Shown here piece after piece: positions 51,583-64,000 of a DNA stretch of 64,000 nt. Numbering within the stretch: the stretch's first letter is position 1; the number at the start of each line of letters is the position of its first letter. The notes beneath the pieces were generated by a model that was not told the origin of the DNA, ran no database searches, and saw nothing but the letters and a program-made list of their open reading frames with translations. This stretch comes from Eledone cirrhosa (lineage: Eukaryota): NCBI GenBank assembly GCA_964016885.1, contig OZ024740.1, forward strand, positions 393,700,001 to 393,764,000, read 5' to 3'. Position numbers and translations under genes: made by a program.

Positions 51583-53381
51583 ACCTTTTCTCTTTCAGGC
51601 AATGTACATCCAAGTTTGTATTATTCACTGTTTTCCTCTTTTGAGAAGGTCGAGTATAATTTAAGATAAAGGGGCGGGTGACGGTTATTTGAAATATAAG
51701 TGTGTTCGGAGCTAGATACTTTAATGCCGTGTATGTATATTTTGGATATGTATATGGCGTTTCTAAAAAGTAAAGCAAGTGCGTAAAACCCTAACTAGTT
51801 TAAACTCAGAATGTATGGAACTGAAGCAAATATCGCAAAGTATTTCGTTTGACGCTCTAGCGATTCTGCTAACTTTCTTTATTAAGAATGTAGAAGGAGA
51901 TTTGGCAGATATTTTCTTAGCAGGATGAGCAACTGCATAGAGCTAGCTCTTCCCGTTGGTCCAAGGTCAATCGATTGTGGAGACATGGTGCTTAGTTACT
52001 GCTGATTACAAATACTTATAAACTGAGTCAACAAAAATTGAATGTCTCCATATTTGTGGCAACGTAACGTTGGTGGATTATCGGATTAAACCATAGCTGT
52101 TTATTCAATTATCTTATATTCTATCAACTCGGTCGCCCGAGACTAGACTGATAAAAATTACAACAATATCACCATTAGATGCACCACCTGGTAGAATTAG
52201 CAACTGATAGAGTCTCCGTCGGTTACGATTGTGATCATTCAGCTGCTCCACCAAATGAACGTCCTGCTCCTTAAATTAGTATTAAATTGCTGAATATTTC
52301 ACAAACACTTGAATCTTTCTTATAATCGTTTCATTTATTTTCCGAGGGTGTTCTACAACTAACTGGAAATTAGGTGGGAGCAATGAACAATGTTTATAAG
52401 CGAAAATAAAGAATCTCGATTATAACGAATGGGAAGAAAATATGTATATATTTGCTTTACTTTAAACTTCCGAAACATCTAGATGGTTCCGCCGATGTAG
52501 AAAGAGTCTGACACCCGTGAAACCTTGCTATAAATACTAGGCAGTCAGGGACATTGCATATAAACGACTGCAACATACTAAAGGAAACAATATGAGCATG
52601 TAAAAGACAGTTTCCTTCTCCCATATTCCACTCAAAAGTTATTGGTCATCCAGAAACTATGGTGGAAGACACTTATCCAACGTAGTTGAAAAGCGAAATT
52701 CTTAATCATACACCCGTGTTTATGTCTTTCCCCCAAAATCATCTTCTTATGATCTGCAGAAAAAATTAGTAAAATTCATTGATGTAAATATACAGAATTG
52801 CAGACAAAGTGAAGAGCCTTGCTTAAATAGGCATTAAAATGTCTATCAAAAGAATATGGAAAGGGGATAGCAGTGAAGTATCTTATCAATTACGGCGATT
52901 TAAACCCATTCAAGTAAATACACATTCGTATAGGTAGGTAGGTAGGCATTGGCGAATGTATGCGCATGCACACATTGTGTTTGGACATGAGTATGACTTT
53001 TGGAGATGAGTATGACTATTTCACTACGCAAACATGAAATCTCGGTGGAATTTTGGGTAAGCGATTTTTATTATAAACTGTAAAGCTAAGCCTTGTTAAC
53101 AGAATTGAGCAGGCGGACACTAAGGAAGCCCACCAGATCGATTATATCTTAAAGGTACACGTGTCTATAGAATTTGTAGCTACTTACACTTTGATTTAAG
53201 TAGTAGGTATTTCAGTTGATGGAAAAGTGAAATGCTCACAGTCGAAACCGACGGAGTATTTATCATCATCATCAAAATGTGTGTGAGACCAACTGTATAT
53301 CAACATGAAACTATGGCATGAAATTAACGTTATTACTGAATTAACATGCAGGATATATGCACACATACATGCGCACTCGCG

Positions 53382-53430
<49 letters not shown>

Positions 53431-53534
53431 ACACATATATATATATATACACTGTGTGTAAATATTTTGACACATTTATATACATGTAGATGTATGTACA
53501 TGTACAGACACGCTCAGACATGCACACACATGCA

Positions 53535-53594
<60 letters not shown>

Positions 53595-56411
53595 CCTATA
53601 CATACTTCCCTCCAAATAACTTCATCCATATAGAAGTCGGCCTATTGGTAAAGGCAATATTGACATTTGAATGTATTTATTGAAACGTTTATGGCGGTGG
53701 AATATTCATGAAGACTTTTACACTACTCTGTGGCATTTTTATTTAATTTCTGAGAATAAATTGATAATTTATGGATATTTCTGCAGTAGATTTATTATGC
53801 CATACAGCTGAATTGTTATTGCAGGATTCCAATCTTGATTGAGCAGACATATGATCAAATACATTTTAGCCATGACTATCTTGTTTGTTTTCTATGCACA
53901 GAGAACCCAAAACAAAAATATTCAACGTGTCCTTTTAGAAAAAGAAAATATTAGAATGTGAATTGAGGGTGATTTAGTTGCTATTTCTTGCAGTCGGAGC
54001 GATCATGTAAAATATCCTTTATGAGCAAGTGAAGTCGAAGAAAATGGTGGTTAGTTTTTCTATCTGGAGCTAAAAAAGAATAACATTCAGAAAGTGACAT
54101 TGCCTATGACTGCCTTAGGTGTGCGCCAATGAAAAATATAGCAACCTTGTTATACATCTCTGATCTACAATTTGGAACATATGTCATCGAATTTTAAATA
54201 TTATGCCGTATATTTTATAGCATAAATGGAAAAGGACATCTGAGACTCGTGAAAAGAAGTGAGAATGTTATCTTCAATTCGAAGACCTGGTCACACGCTA
54301 GCCTGTGGGTGGTGCTAAACCAGACGGCCGATTAATTCCACCAGCCATGAAATGGTGTAGTCCATTCGACAAGTTTCCAATTTCACTCATAAGAATTTGT
54401 CGATTCGTGGTTATGGTAGGTGTTACATACCCAATGCGCACGCAATGGGATCGATCCCGGTACAATATTATTGCAGAATTTACTTCTTAACCACACAACT
54501 ATGCACGCCTTTGACCATTCCCATCATTGAAAGAAGTCAATGAGTGTTGTGACGTTATCTTTCGAAGCGCAACATAAATAATTTAGTTTTAAATATCCAC
54601 AGACCACCATAAAAGAAAGGAAAAACGAAATAACCCCGTGAGTATATAGCTACTATCAGCACCAAACACGCACATACGAGCATACACACATACGACGCGC
54701 GCGTGCGCATACACATACACACACGCAAGTACACATATAGAAAAAAATTAACCACGAAGGAAATGTAAAAGCAAAATAGATAACGGATATCTTAAGAGAT
54801 AATTTCAAGGTTATTTAAGCGTTTAAACAGGATAATGGAACAGTGTTAGAAATATTAGGTCAGGCTACTTATCGGCGAATAAAGCTAATCATTTGATTGG
54901 ATTTTTACGCTTAGTTCGCCAATATGATTGCTTTACTTAAGAGGATGATATGGTGTGATGTGAGATCTTTGACCACGACAGATTACGACGCCAGTCACTC
55001 ATCACTTTCCCTCTTTCTTTCCCTCCTCACCTATCTCCTTTTTTCTCTCCCCTCTCTTCTCTCTGTGTGTAACACGCAGGCGCACGTTCTTTCACAGCCG
55101 TATACTTCCCGCGAGTGTATCATTTGTATCTCTTCATTTCTTCATTGGTTTGTGACAGAACAATTTTTTTTTATTACCACTTATTAGCTAATTAGCTAAT
55201 CATATTCCGAAGGGGAAGAATCCATAAATCTCGTGCTTATCTGCAATGTCTGTAGCATCGATCAAATAAGTGGAGCGGTAGTGTATCACTGACAGCCTTT
55301 CTTATTGAGGGAACTGATTTTGCTGCTGAAAGTCAACGTATCAGTATTCGATACCAACATACTCACCTTAGAACAAGATGGACTCGGCCAATGACTATTA
55401 AATGTTTTGTTTCCGTATCGTTAGCGGGGTCGATTAGTGGGATTTGCGGACTTGTTAGGGCGTCCGACGAGATACTTTATGGTATTTATTCCGGCTCATT
55501 GTGTTCTGAGTTCCTGGATGACAGATTTAATCAGTGGTCCGGTTTAATACTATCACGTGGCCTTTGGGCGCATTCAGTGAATTTCACTCTGTTGCACGCG
55601 TTCAGGTCAGGTCTCTCGTTTGAAGGTAACACCCTACCTTCTTATCACCATTCGCGGAGGTCATAAAAAAAAAAAGAAAACGTCACAAGCACTACTTTTT
55701 TCTCCCTGATTAATCGGTAAAACATTTTGAGCTAGAAAAAGGAAACGTTCCAATGGATAGAAATTCCATTGAACCTATAGAGGGATGTAATGTATCAGTA
55801 TATTTTATTCGAAGGTTATAACGTGTTGAGTTTCTCGCTTGCCGTCGAAGGTTTGTATCCCTTGATGTACTATATCCATTTTGAAGACAGTTTTAGCAAC
55901 TGTACCTGGCCACTTAATTTACCCCTGAAAGTAGGTGTCGAATGTTTCGTTGACATGAATTATTGAGTTGAAATATTCCTTTTTGTGTACAGCGGAAAGA
56001 AATGGACCACACCAGGCTGGAAGATTCCTAACATTCCCCAAAAGCTTTGATTCTAGCATATGAGTAAAGCCTGCGAATTAGCAGAGACGTGAGGGTATCA
56101 GATAAAATACGCTGCTGTATTCGTTCCGGCTATCGGTGCTCTGAGTTAGTTCAAATGTCACCTATGTCTACTCTGCTTTTATCCCTTCTGGGTCGATAAA
56201 ACGCCAGTCTAATACTGATGTCAATTCGTTTTCTTCTTGAAAAAACCGACTGTGTTGAGATCTGAAAAGTGATGGACTCAAGTTGAAAAGCTTAAGGCAT
56301 ACAGGATAATTCGAAGTCAGAGAAAGAAGGTTAGAAATAGCTACTAATGAAAAATAATTACAAAGGCATCCTACTGCTTCTGTCATTTGGATAAATTGAA
56401 TTAAACGAACA

Positions 56412-56578
56412 TTCTACTTTTGGCACAAGGCCAGCAATTACCCAGTACATTACTGGTACTTTATTTTATCGACCCCGTAAGGATGAGAGGTTAACTTTTC
56501 CTTTCATCTTTACGGGGTCGATAAAATAAAGTACCAGCAATGTACTGGGTAATTGCTGGCCTTGTGCCAAAAGTAGAA
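56412..56578. repeat. Head-to-head palindrome of two SINE-B 3' halves
   Basis: Inverted arms of about 80 bp centred on GTTAAC (56490-56495). Confidence 0.85.
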
Positions 56579-56782
56579 ACAATTATTACGTTTTGAGTTC
56601 AAATCTCGCCGAAGTTAGCTTTACCTTTCATCTTTACGGGAGTCGATAAAATAAAGCACCAGTAACGCACTGGGGTCGATCTAATCGACTTTCGCCTACC
56701 CCCAAAATTGTTGGCCTTGTGTCTCAATCAGAAACCATGACACACACACATACACACACACATATATATATATACATGTATA

Positions 56783-56893
56783 TAGAAGTGGCTACAGAAC
56801 AGCTAGTTCACCATACCGAGAACAATTGAGGATCCGCTAAGGTGAAACAATTGTTCTCGGTATGGTGAACTAACTGTTGTGTAACCACTTCTA
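56783..56893. repeat. Inverted repeat enclosing a hammerhead remnant
   Basis: Arms of about 45 bp around TGAGGA-TCC(GCTAA)GGT-GAA-ACAATTGT. Confidence 0.6.
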
Positions 56894-56954
56894 CCTAACT
56901 CGTCCCATGGACTGAGTGCTCTACCACTACGTATATTACCTTCCAGTGTTCTAC

Positions 56955-57037
<83 letters not shown>

Positions 57038-58489
57038 GTGTGTGTGAATGACACTTATAGGGACTCGGCCGGTCAAGTTCACAGTATATTAGCACATTCT
57101 ATCATCTGCAGCAAATAGAAACGCAAAGTTTGCTTCCGGTTCTGTTTGAACTAAAAAAATAGACCGACGGTAATACATATTTGATAGGCATTTATTCCAG
57201 TGCTTTACCGTTTCAACCAGTCAACCACCTTAGTATGAAACTACATATCGATCCATTATAATAGAACTATAGACAGAGATAAGACAAAGCCATTAAAGAA
57301 GATGGTAATAACGTTGTGTGATATAAAACAGAACTAGATTAAAGCTAAATTAAATAGTATTGTTAGACAAGATAAATTAATCTATTTGGACGAAATAAAA
57401 TAAAATACTAACAGCCATCCCACTCAGTTTGATGGCAGCACTGTAAGACAACCGTGTATATATGGATCAAGAGGTAACAAAGCTGAATTTGCAACCAGGC
57501 TTTGATTTCATGTTGAATCGATTTCACTTCACTTACATTATGTTTCTTTCTTGGAAATGCATTTACTCCTTCGCTAGAAATATCAGCTAAATATTCTTAA
57601 AATGACATATTGCCGTTTTAAGAAAGGCAAGGACACATTAGATAATAGCAGTCCAAGATATTTTTTTTAAAACGCAATGATCCTGGTTAGAATGCTTTTG
57701 ATCATATTAGGCTTAATTTGATGATGAATAACAATATAATCTATTTGTGACCTAACGAAGGGAGATTGACGTAGATGCTCAATTTGCTAGAAATAGCAAC
57801 CAAAATCTCCTCGAAATCACAAAGAAAAGCCACATAACCTAATGTAGTTAGAGAGACATATTATGCATGAAAGAAAAAAGTCTCGGTAGTCATGACTACA
57901 ACAGTTTTGATGATCATAAGGGCTAAACAAACAACAACATATAGGATCTGGAACTGAAAAGTGAAAAAGCCTTTTTATACGTTGTTTAGCTCTACACATC
58001 CGTGGTAAAAGGAACCCAGGATCACGTTATCTAATGTGTCTTTCTAAGTTATTAGGGTGGGATTTGGGGTGGGATTTAGCTACTATTTTGAGCATTACAA
58101 GCGACATAGTTAATATACTTAATAGAAAAATGAAAATTTATTTATTATTTGCTGTTTTCAAAAATTATTTAATTAAAATAACGATTTTACGGCGTTTTCC
58201 TCCTATTTTAGAAATCAAAGGTGAAATTGGATACTGTCATAACTGAAGCTAATGTATAAGTTTCTACTTAGGCAACTGAACTGCCAGAAATAACAGCCAA
58301 ATCTACCTCAAAACATTCCATATCGTCGTGTGAAAAGAAAGACATGCTGGATATTATGCTAGATACATTAAAAGGCAGTGAATTAGCAGAAAGAGAGTAT
58401 CGGAAAAATATATTGCGGTGTTTCTTCTGGATCTTTACCGTTCTGAAACCTTCATCCATCTGGGGTAGATACAATTAAGTATTGTCTAA

Positions 58490-59500
58490 GATAATGGACT
58501 GGCGGAATTGTTAGAATGTTAGACAAAATGCTTTGCGATACTTGTTCCAGCTTTTTACGCCCTGAATTTGCATGTGACGACATGTCAAGCAGTATCGCCC
58601 CTAACAACATCAGTGGCATGGAGAAGGGAGCCATGGGCAACTGCTGTCTTCTGTTATAAAAAAAAGCCTTCAGTAACTTTCTACAGTGGAAGGAGCTAGG
58701 TTTGTCAGTTTTTGATACAGAGGAAGATAGACTAAAGTAGAGATTTTGAGACAATCTGCGTTCGATAGACACCTTTAACTCTCTCTTTTATCAATCTGAT
58801 CAATTCTCCTTGTGTCACCTTTTTTCCGCGAGCGCAAAATTCTCGAGGACTGGGTTGGTGCCCTTCCCTTAACTAACATCAGTAGCCTTCTCAGTCTGGA
58901 TGGACTCCGAATCTCCATTGCACTAAGAGTAGGAGCCGATGTCTGTGGAATACTGAAATGTCGCCGTAGTAGGCCTCTCGACTCCACGGGCTTCAATGGT
59001 TTGTCAAGCCACCAGAATGCTGGTCGTTTCGCTGACCATACCAAGCCAAACATAATTATTAAGCGGGCCCTGTTTGGCTAAGTATCCCCCTCTTCAATTC
59101 TGGAGCCGGCTGTATAGTCCAGAGTTGATTAGAAGAGACCAGATAGAATTACCCTTTGTCTCTGGGTAATAGATAGATGTCATGTTTGGGACGCCACAGT
59201 CAGTGACTCTTTCACTCCGGCTCACATCCTGGATGATGTGGTAAATGTGTGAGTCACTGCTTACGTAGCCGAACAGAATACATTTTTAAAATATCGGGAA
59301 TTATTGACAAACTATTTTTTCCAGCCTGTGGCGTTTGAGACATTAGGAGAAGCTGGGCCATTGACAATGCAATTCTTGTCATCGTTGATGGCTCACCTTA
59401 CCGAGGTATCAGGTCATGTCCGTGAGGGTGGTTGGTTGTTCTAGCGCCTTATCCTCGCTATCACCCGCAGTAACGCTGTCAGTGTGTTGGTTTAACTAAA
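58490..59500 (+). mobile_element. Degenerate CRE-clade non-LTR retrotransposon (zinc-knuckle and restriction-like endonuclease region)
   Basis: DWVGALP...LRISIALRVGADVC...IIKRAL...KRPD.I...WDATVSDS...FQPVAFETLG...RL.LAITRSNA, with stops. Confidence 0.75.
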
Positions 59501-59813
59501 AAAGTATTAGAGGGAGACTCGGGCGCCCCCTGTATTGTGTGTCTGATTGACATACTTAGTGTTGACTTAATTGTTGACTTTTGGTTTTGATTCTATATTT
59601 TCATGTGAAATATTTATGTAATTAAGCAATAGAGATATATGTGTGTATGTTTTAATTTTTGACAGCTATGGCATTTCTGTAATTTCAAGCTATCTATATT
59701 TGATCAAAATTATCGGGAACACATTTGGTGATGTAGTCTTGGGCCAACGCAGGGAGAGAGAGGGAGAGATGGGGGTAGAAAGAGAGGAGCACAAAGGGAA
59801 CGAAGAAGAGTGT

Positions 59814-59908
<95 letters not shown>

Positions 59909-60014
59909 GTAAAAAGAAATGAAAAAAAACTAAGAAGAATATTGTACAACGAACGGAACCAATTTAGAACCAAATATAAAAGCTTGACTCACTGCTGATC
60001 ACATGACGCCATAT

Positions 60015-60052
<38 letters not shown>

Positions 60053-60086
60053 GCATATATATATACATATATATACATATATATAC

Positions 60087-60141
<55 letters not shown>

Positions 60142-62675
60142 CACACACACACATATATATATATATGTATATATATATATAGGACAGTGTCAACAGGGGT
60201 GAATTAGAGAGAAGAGACCGTGGTCAATAGAAAATTGTCAAGGATTTATGAGGAATTGGTAACAGATAACGCTGAGACAAAAATAATAATAACAATAACA
60301 ACACTATCAATTTTGAATGGTCGACGCACAAAATCTATTCAACCAAAAAACTAATGGGTGAATAACAACAACAACAACAACAACAACAACAACTAATAAC
60401 TAACCACAGCATGAAGCAGCAGTATGCAAGACTGACTGACTGCTTGCTTGCTTTACATTACCCCATGTTTGCGTCTGTGTCTTTAGGCAGAATGAAAATC
60501 TAAATTGCATTGTTTTCATTTTTAGCCGGAATTCATAAAATTCTCCCTCTCTCTCTTTATAAATATATATATATATATATATATTAAGAGAGAAAGAGGA
60601 AGGGAGAGAGAGTAAAACAAAACCAATAAAACAAAAATAAAAATGCATAATAGAAATGAAAATTAAACAAGCAACCGAGCAGTAGCCAAGCAAGCCAGTG
60701 AACTATATCATATATATTCATGTATGTAAAGCCAATACTCAAATATATATTTTTTGTCTTAGAGAGAGAGGGGGGATTGTGTGTGAAAGGGAAGGCTCTT
60801 TGGGGAATGATGAATCATATCAATACTTAAAAACAACAACAACAACAGCAACAATGGCATTTTTTTAAGCAACAAGAAAAATATCGAGAATGGTATGATG
60901 GAGGAAGGAAATCTGATAGAAGGTGCCAACGGCAGAGACACGAAGTCTGCCTGAGTCATTGGTTCAACCAAATGGTTTCGTATTATGTCCAAATGACAAA
61001 TTAGATTCGGGAGGAGCGATTGAAATTAAACCCAGGGTTCCAGTTACGTGACCTCTGATTTCATGCATATCATATGAATGTAACGCTTAATCGGTGAAAT
61101 TGCTATCATTGTTTTCCTTCGTCAAGGGTTTCTGGCAATCGGCATCTCACATTGCTGTTCTCTTTCCCTCCAATATAATTTTAAACTGGTGGTCTTTCTG
61201 AATTGTTATAGATGGCTTTCTACAATTTATACTCAGGTTTTAGTAATTTTGTTTCTTTTTACTCATCACCAGGTTGGCTCACTCGTTCTTTGTGACTTAA
61301 TATATTTCTCGTAAAATATTTTGTTTTTCTTTGGCTAAACATAAGACAAGACATATGTTGATGGATAAAGACAAGGGGCTGAGATAAGATACTGTGCCCT
61401 TTTAACCATAACAATAGTTTCAAAAAATAGATATTGCTGTTTTTTTTTATATTGGTGAATTAGCAGTGTCGATAAAAGGTTAGATGCAACATCTTGCTGC
61501 ATTTGTTTCACCTCTCTGCCGATGTTAACTTTGTCCTTTATTTTTCGGTGCATTGCGTTGGAAGAATTGTTAGAGCTTTGGCTATATGTGTTCCGAGTTC
61601 AAATTCTCCAGCTTACTGGAGTCTCAATGATAGTAAGGTCATTGTAAAGTGTTGGTATCGAGTCCAGTGTAAACACATCTCAATAAACCCAAGTAAGCAT
61701 CTACACATACACACATACCACACCTTCCATCTTGATACGACTTCATAGGACGGCGTTGCGCTCTCAAACATTTTTCTGTTCACCCATCTTCTAAATAATT
61801 CTCGAAAGAATTATTCTGGTTTCACTTTCGTTTTAACTTTGCCTATTCTTATCTTGTGGATGAAGGACTATCGCCCGAAGCATTAAAGACACACTTATTT
61901 CTTTTCAAGCGTCAGCCCTTTCGCAACCATATTTCTAAAGTAAGACCACTACCTGTAGTTTTCAAACCATTTTGAAACTAACCGATAATTTGGATTAAGT
62001 TAATACTATAACTAACTTTCTCATTACTAAGCTGGTATTTGGAACATAACTTAAAACAAGTTATAACATAAAATCATGATGGAAATGTTAAGATAAATAT
62101 AAACATTAAGAAAATAGAAAACAGGCTTGCATTGTAGAACCAGGGATGGTTTCAAGTGGTTTAGTACCAAGAATTACTAATATTTTATCACCGCCAATTA
62201 ACTAGGTGCCATAAGCATAAGCGATCATGTCTCTTCGTCTCTAACCATCTGGATAGTGGTTGTTGTATTCTTTGTATTGAATGCTCCACTCACACCTTTA
62301 TTTTGATTCCGTAACTGATTTTAATGCGTGACTGATGTTCATTTTGTTTTGTTTTTTTACATAATCTTTCACCGTTTTCTTTTTAACTCGCGTTCATATA
62401 TATATTCTTCTGCTTGTACTCATACCTATACATAATATATATATATATATAGTCTTCAAATTTATTATTATTACTATATGTATATAAATATATAATTTCA
62501 GTTTATTTTGATCATGCTTTTATATTTATTTTTATTTCATTTCATTTTATTTTGATCATGCTTTATTTTAATTTTAATTTTTAATTTCATTCGCACCGTT
62601 TCCTCCCACCCCTTTTCGCTATATGTCTCTCCACCACTCCCCTACACACCCTTTGAACTCTCTTCCCACACACTT

Positions 62676-62712
62676 CTCACCTGAGGAAGGGCTTATGCCC
62701 GAAACGTCGTTC
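62676..62712 (+). ncRNA. Minimal Penelope-type hammerhead motif
   Basis: CAC-CUGAGGA-A-GGGC(UUAU)GCCC-GAA-ACGU-C|GU, followed by AATAAA at about 62747 and (TA)n. Confidence 0.65.
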
Positions 62713-62797
62713 CCCACCACCACCCCACTCTCCAGAGCGTGAAATTAATAAACATTCGTTGTACTGCCTCTCTGTTTTGTTCCTGTTCAAATTTTCC

Positions 62798-62864
<67 letters not shown>

Positions 62865-63403
62865 ATATATATATTAGTACGTAATTACGTGTATAATGTC
62901 CATTAATTAAAATTTATTTTCAGCTCACCACGTCAAATAAGGTTTCATTCACATATCTAATAGAAGACACTTGCTTCGTGTTCTCTAAGTTGGGATTAAA
63001 CCTGGAACGGCGTTACTGCAAAGCAAATTTCATAACTATACATTCATGCCTGCGCCTATGATGACTGTAAGTGATTCCTTAATTCTTTTTGTTTTGAATT
63101 AGTTTCCATCTTAAAAATTGCCCCACATTAATAGGCCTTTCATTACCATATTTCTAATAAAACACTCTGCATATATTATTCTACTAATTCTGAAAATATC
63201 CAAGTATTTGGAGGAATTTTGTAATTTAATATATTTATGATTGAAATGGTATTTGAAACATAAATTAACAACATTTTCTAACGTGATGGAAGAGTTAAAT
63301 TTACATATGAACATTTAAAAATAAATGACTTTCTATCATTAAACCAGGGGTGGTTTCGTGTGGGTTTGTATTAAAATGTTTAAGGGTATGTGGGTGTGTG
63401 TGT

Positions 63404-63504
<101 letters not shown>

Positions 63505-63885
63505 GTAGAGCAATATCTAATAACCTTCCTTTGGGTTCTGAACTGAAATGGTGTTCGACGTTGACTTCGCCTTTCACCCTTCCGGGGGCCCGATGAAATA
63601 AATATAAATCAAGTATTGGATCGATTTAATAGACCATTCCCTACCTTTAAATTTATAGCATTTTGCCACTGTTCGATATCAACATTCCACTGTTTTAAAT
63701 GCTCCACAAACACGATGTATCTGAATGTCTCATAAATTCTCCACAATTTAATATGTTCCATATCATGTATTTACGCCGAAGAAGCAGAATGTATTATACG
63801 TCTATTTTATCGATCTGGATTTATGCCATGACAATAAATGGTATTGAATTGGATTTCAGTTTCTATCCAGAAGATACATAATTCT

Positions 63886-63957
<72 letters not shown>

Positions 63958-63985
63958 TGTTGCTGCTGTTGCTGCTGCTGCTGCT
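63886..63985. repeat. (CTA)n followed by (CTG/TTG)n trinucleotide microsatellite; many other (TA)n, (CA)n and (GA)n tracts occur throughout the window
   Basis: Directly visible. Confidence 0.95.
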
Positions 63986-64000
63986 TGTTTAAGCGGTGTA

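Overview
Eukaryotic, AT-rich, repeat-dense animal DNA. The SINE, RTE and microsatellite repertoire looks cephalopod (octopus-like), but that is inference only. The only host coding sequence I can support is the first coding exon of a TMEM135 orthologue (minus strand, 33032-33178). Positions 1-33031 are therefore probably its large, CpG-depleted first intron, and 33.3-64 kb is upstream/intergenic DNA that retains CpG. The rest is mobile DNA: a near full-length, frameshifted Penelope-like element (RT + GIY-YIG, about 45.0-49.2 kb) and several truncated or inverted copies, a DD37D maT/mariner transposon (11597-12894), RTE, CR1-group and CRE LINE fragments, two SINE families, TTAA (piggyBac-type) MITEs, Helitron-like elements and a 46-bp minisatellite. 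The most striking signal is a set of type I hammerhead ribozyme (HHR) motifs from several unrelated repeat families. These include a near-identical 316-bp tandem trimer (39293-40219) with one complete U3-A8-variant hammerhead per unit, the architecture expected of a non-LTR retrozyme that makes a 316-nt circular RNA, and a ~688-bp unit with a hammerhead that has a long stem II (49555-49631). All structures were read by eye and no searches were run.
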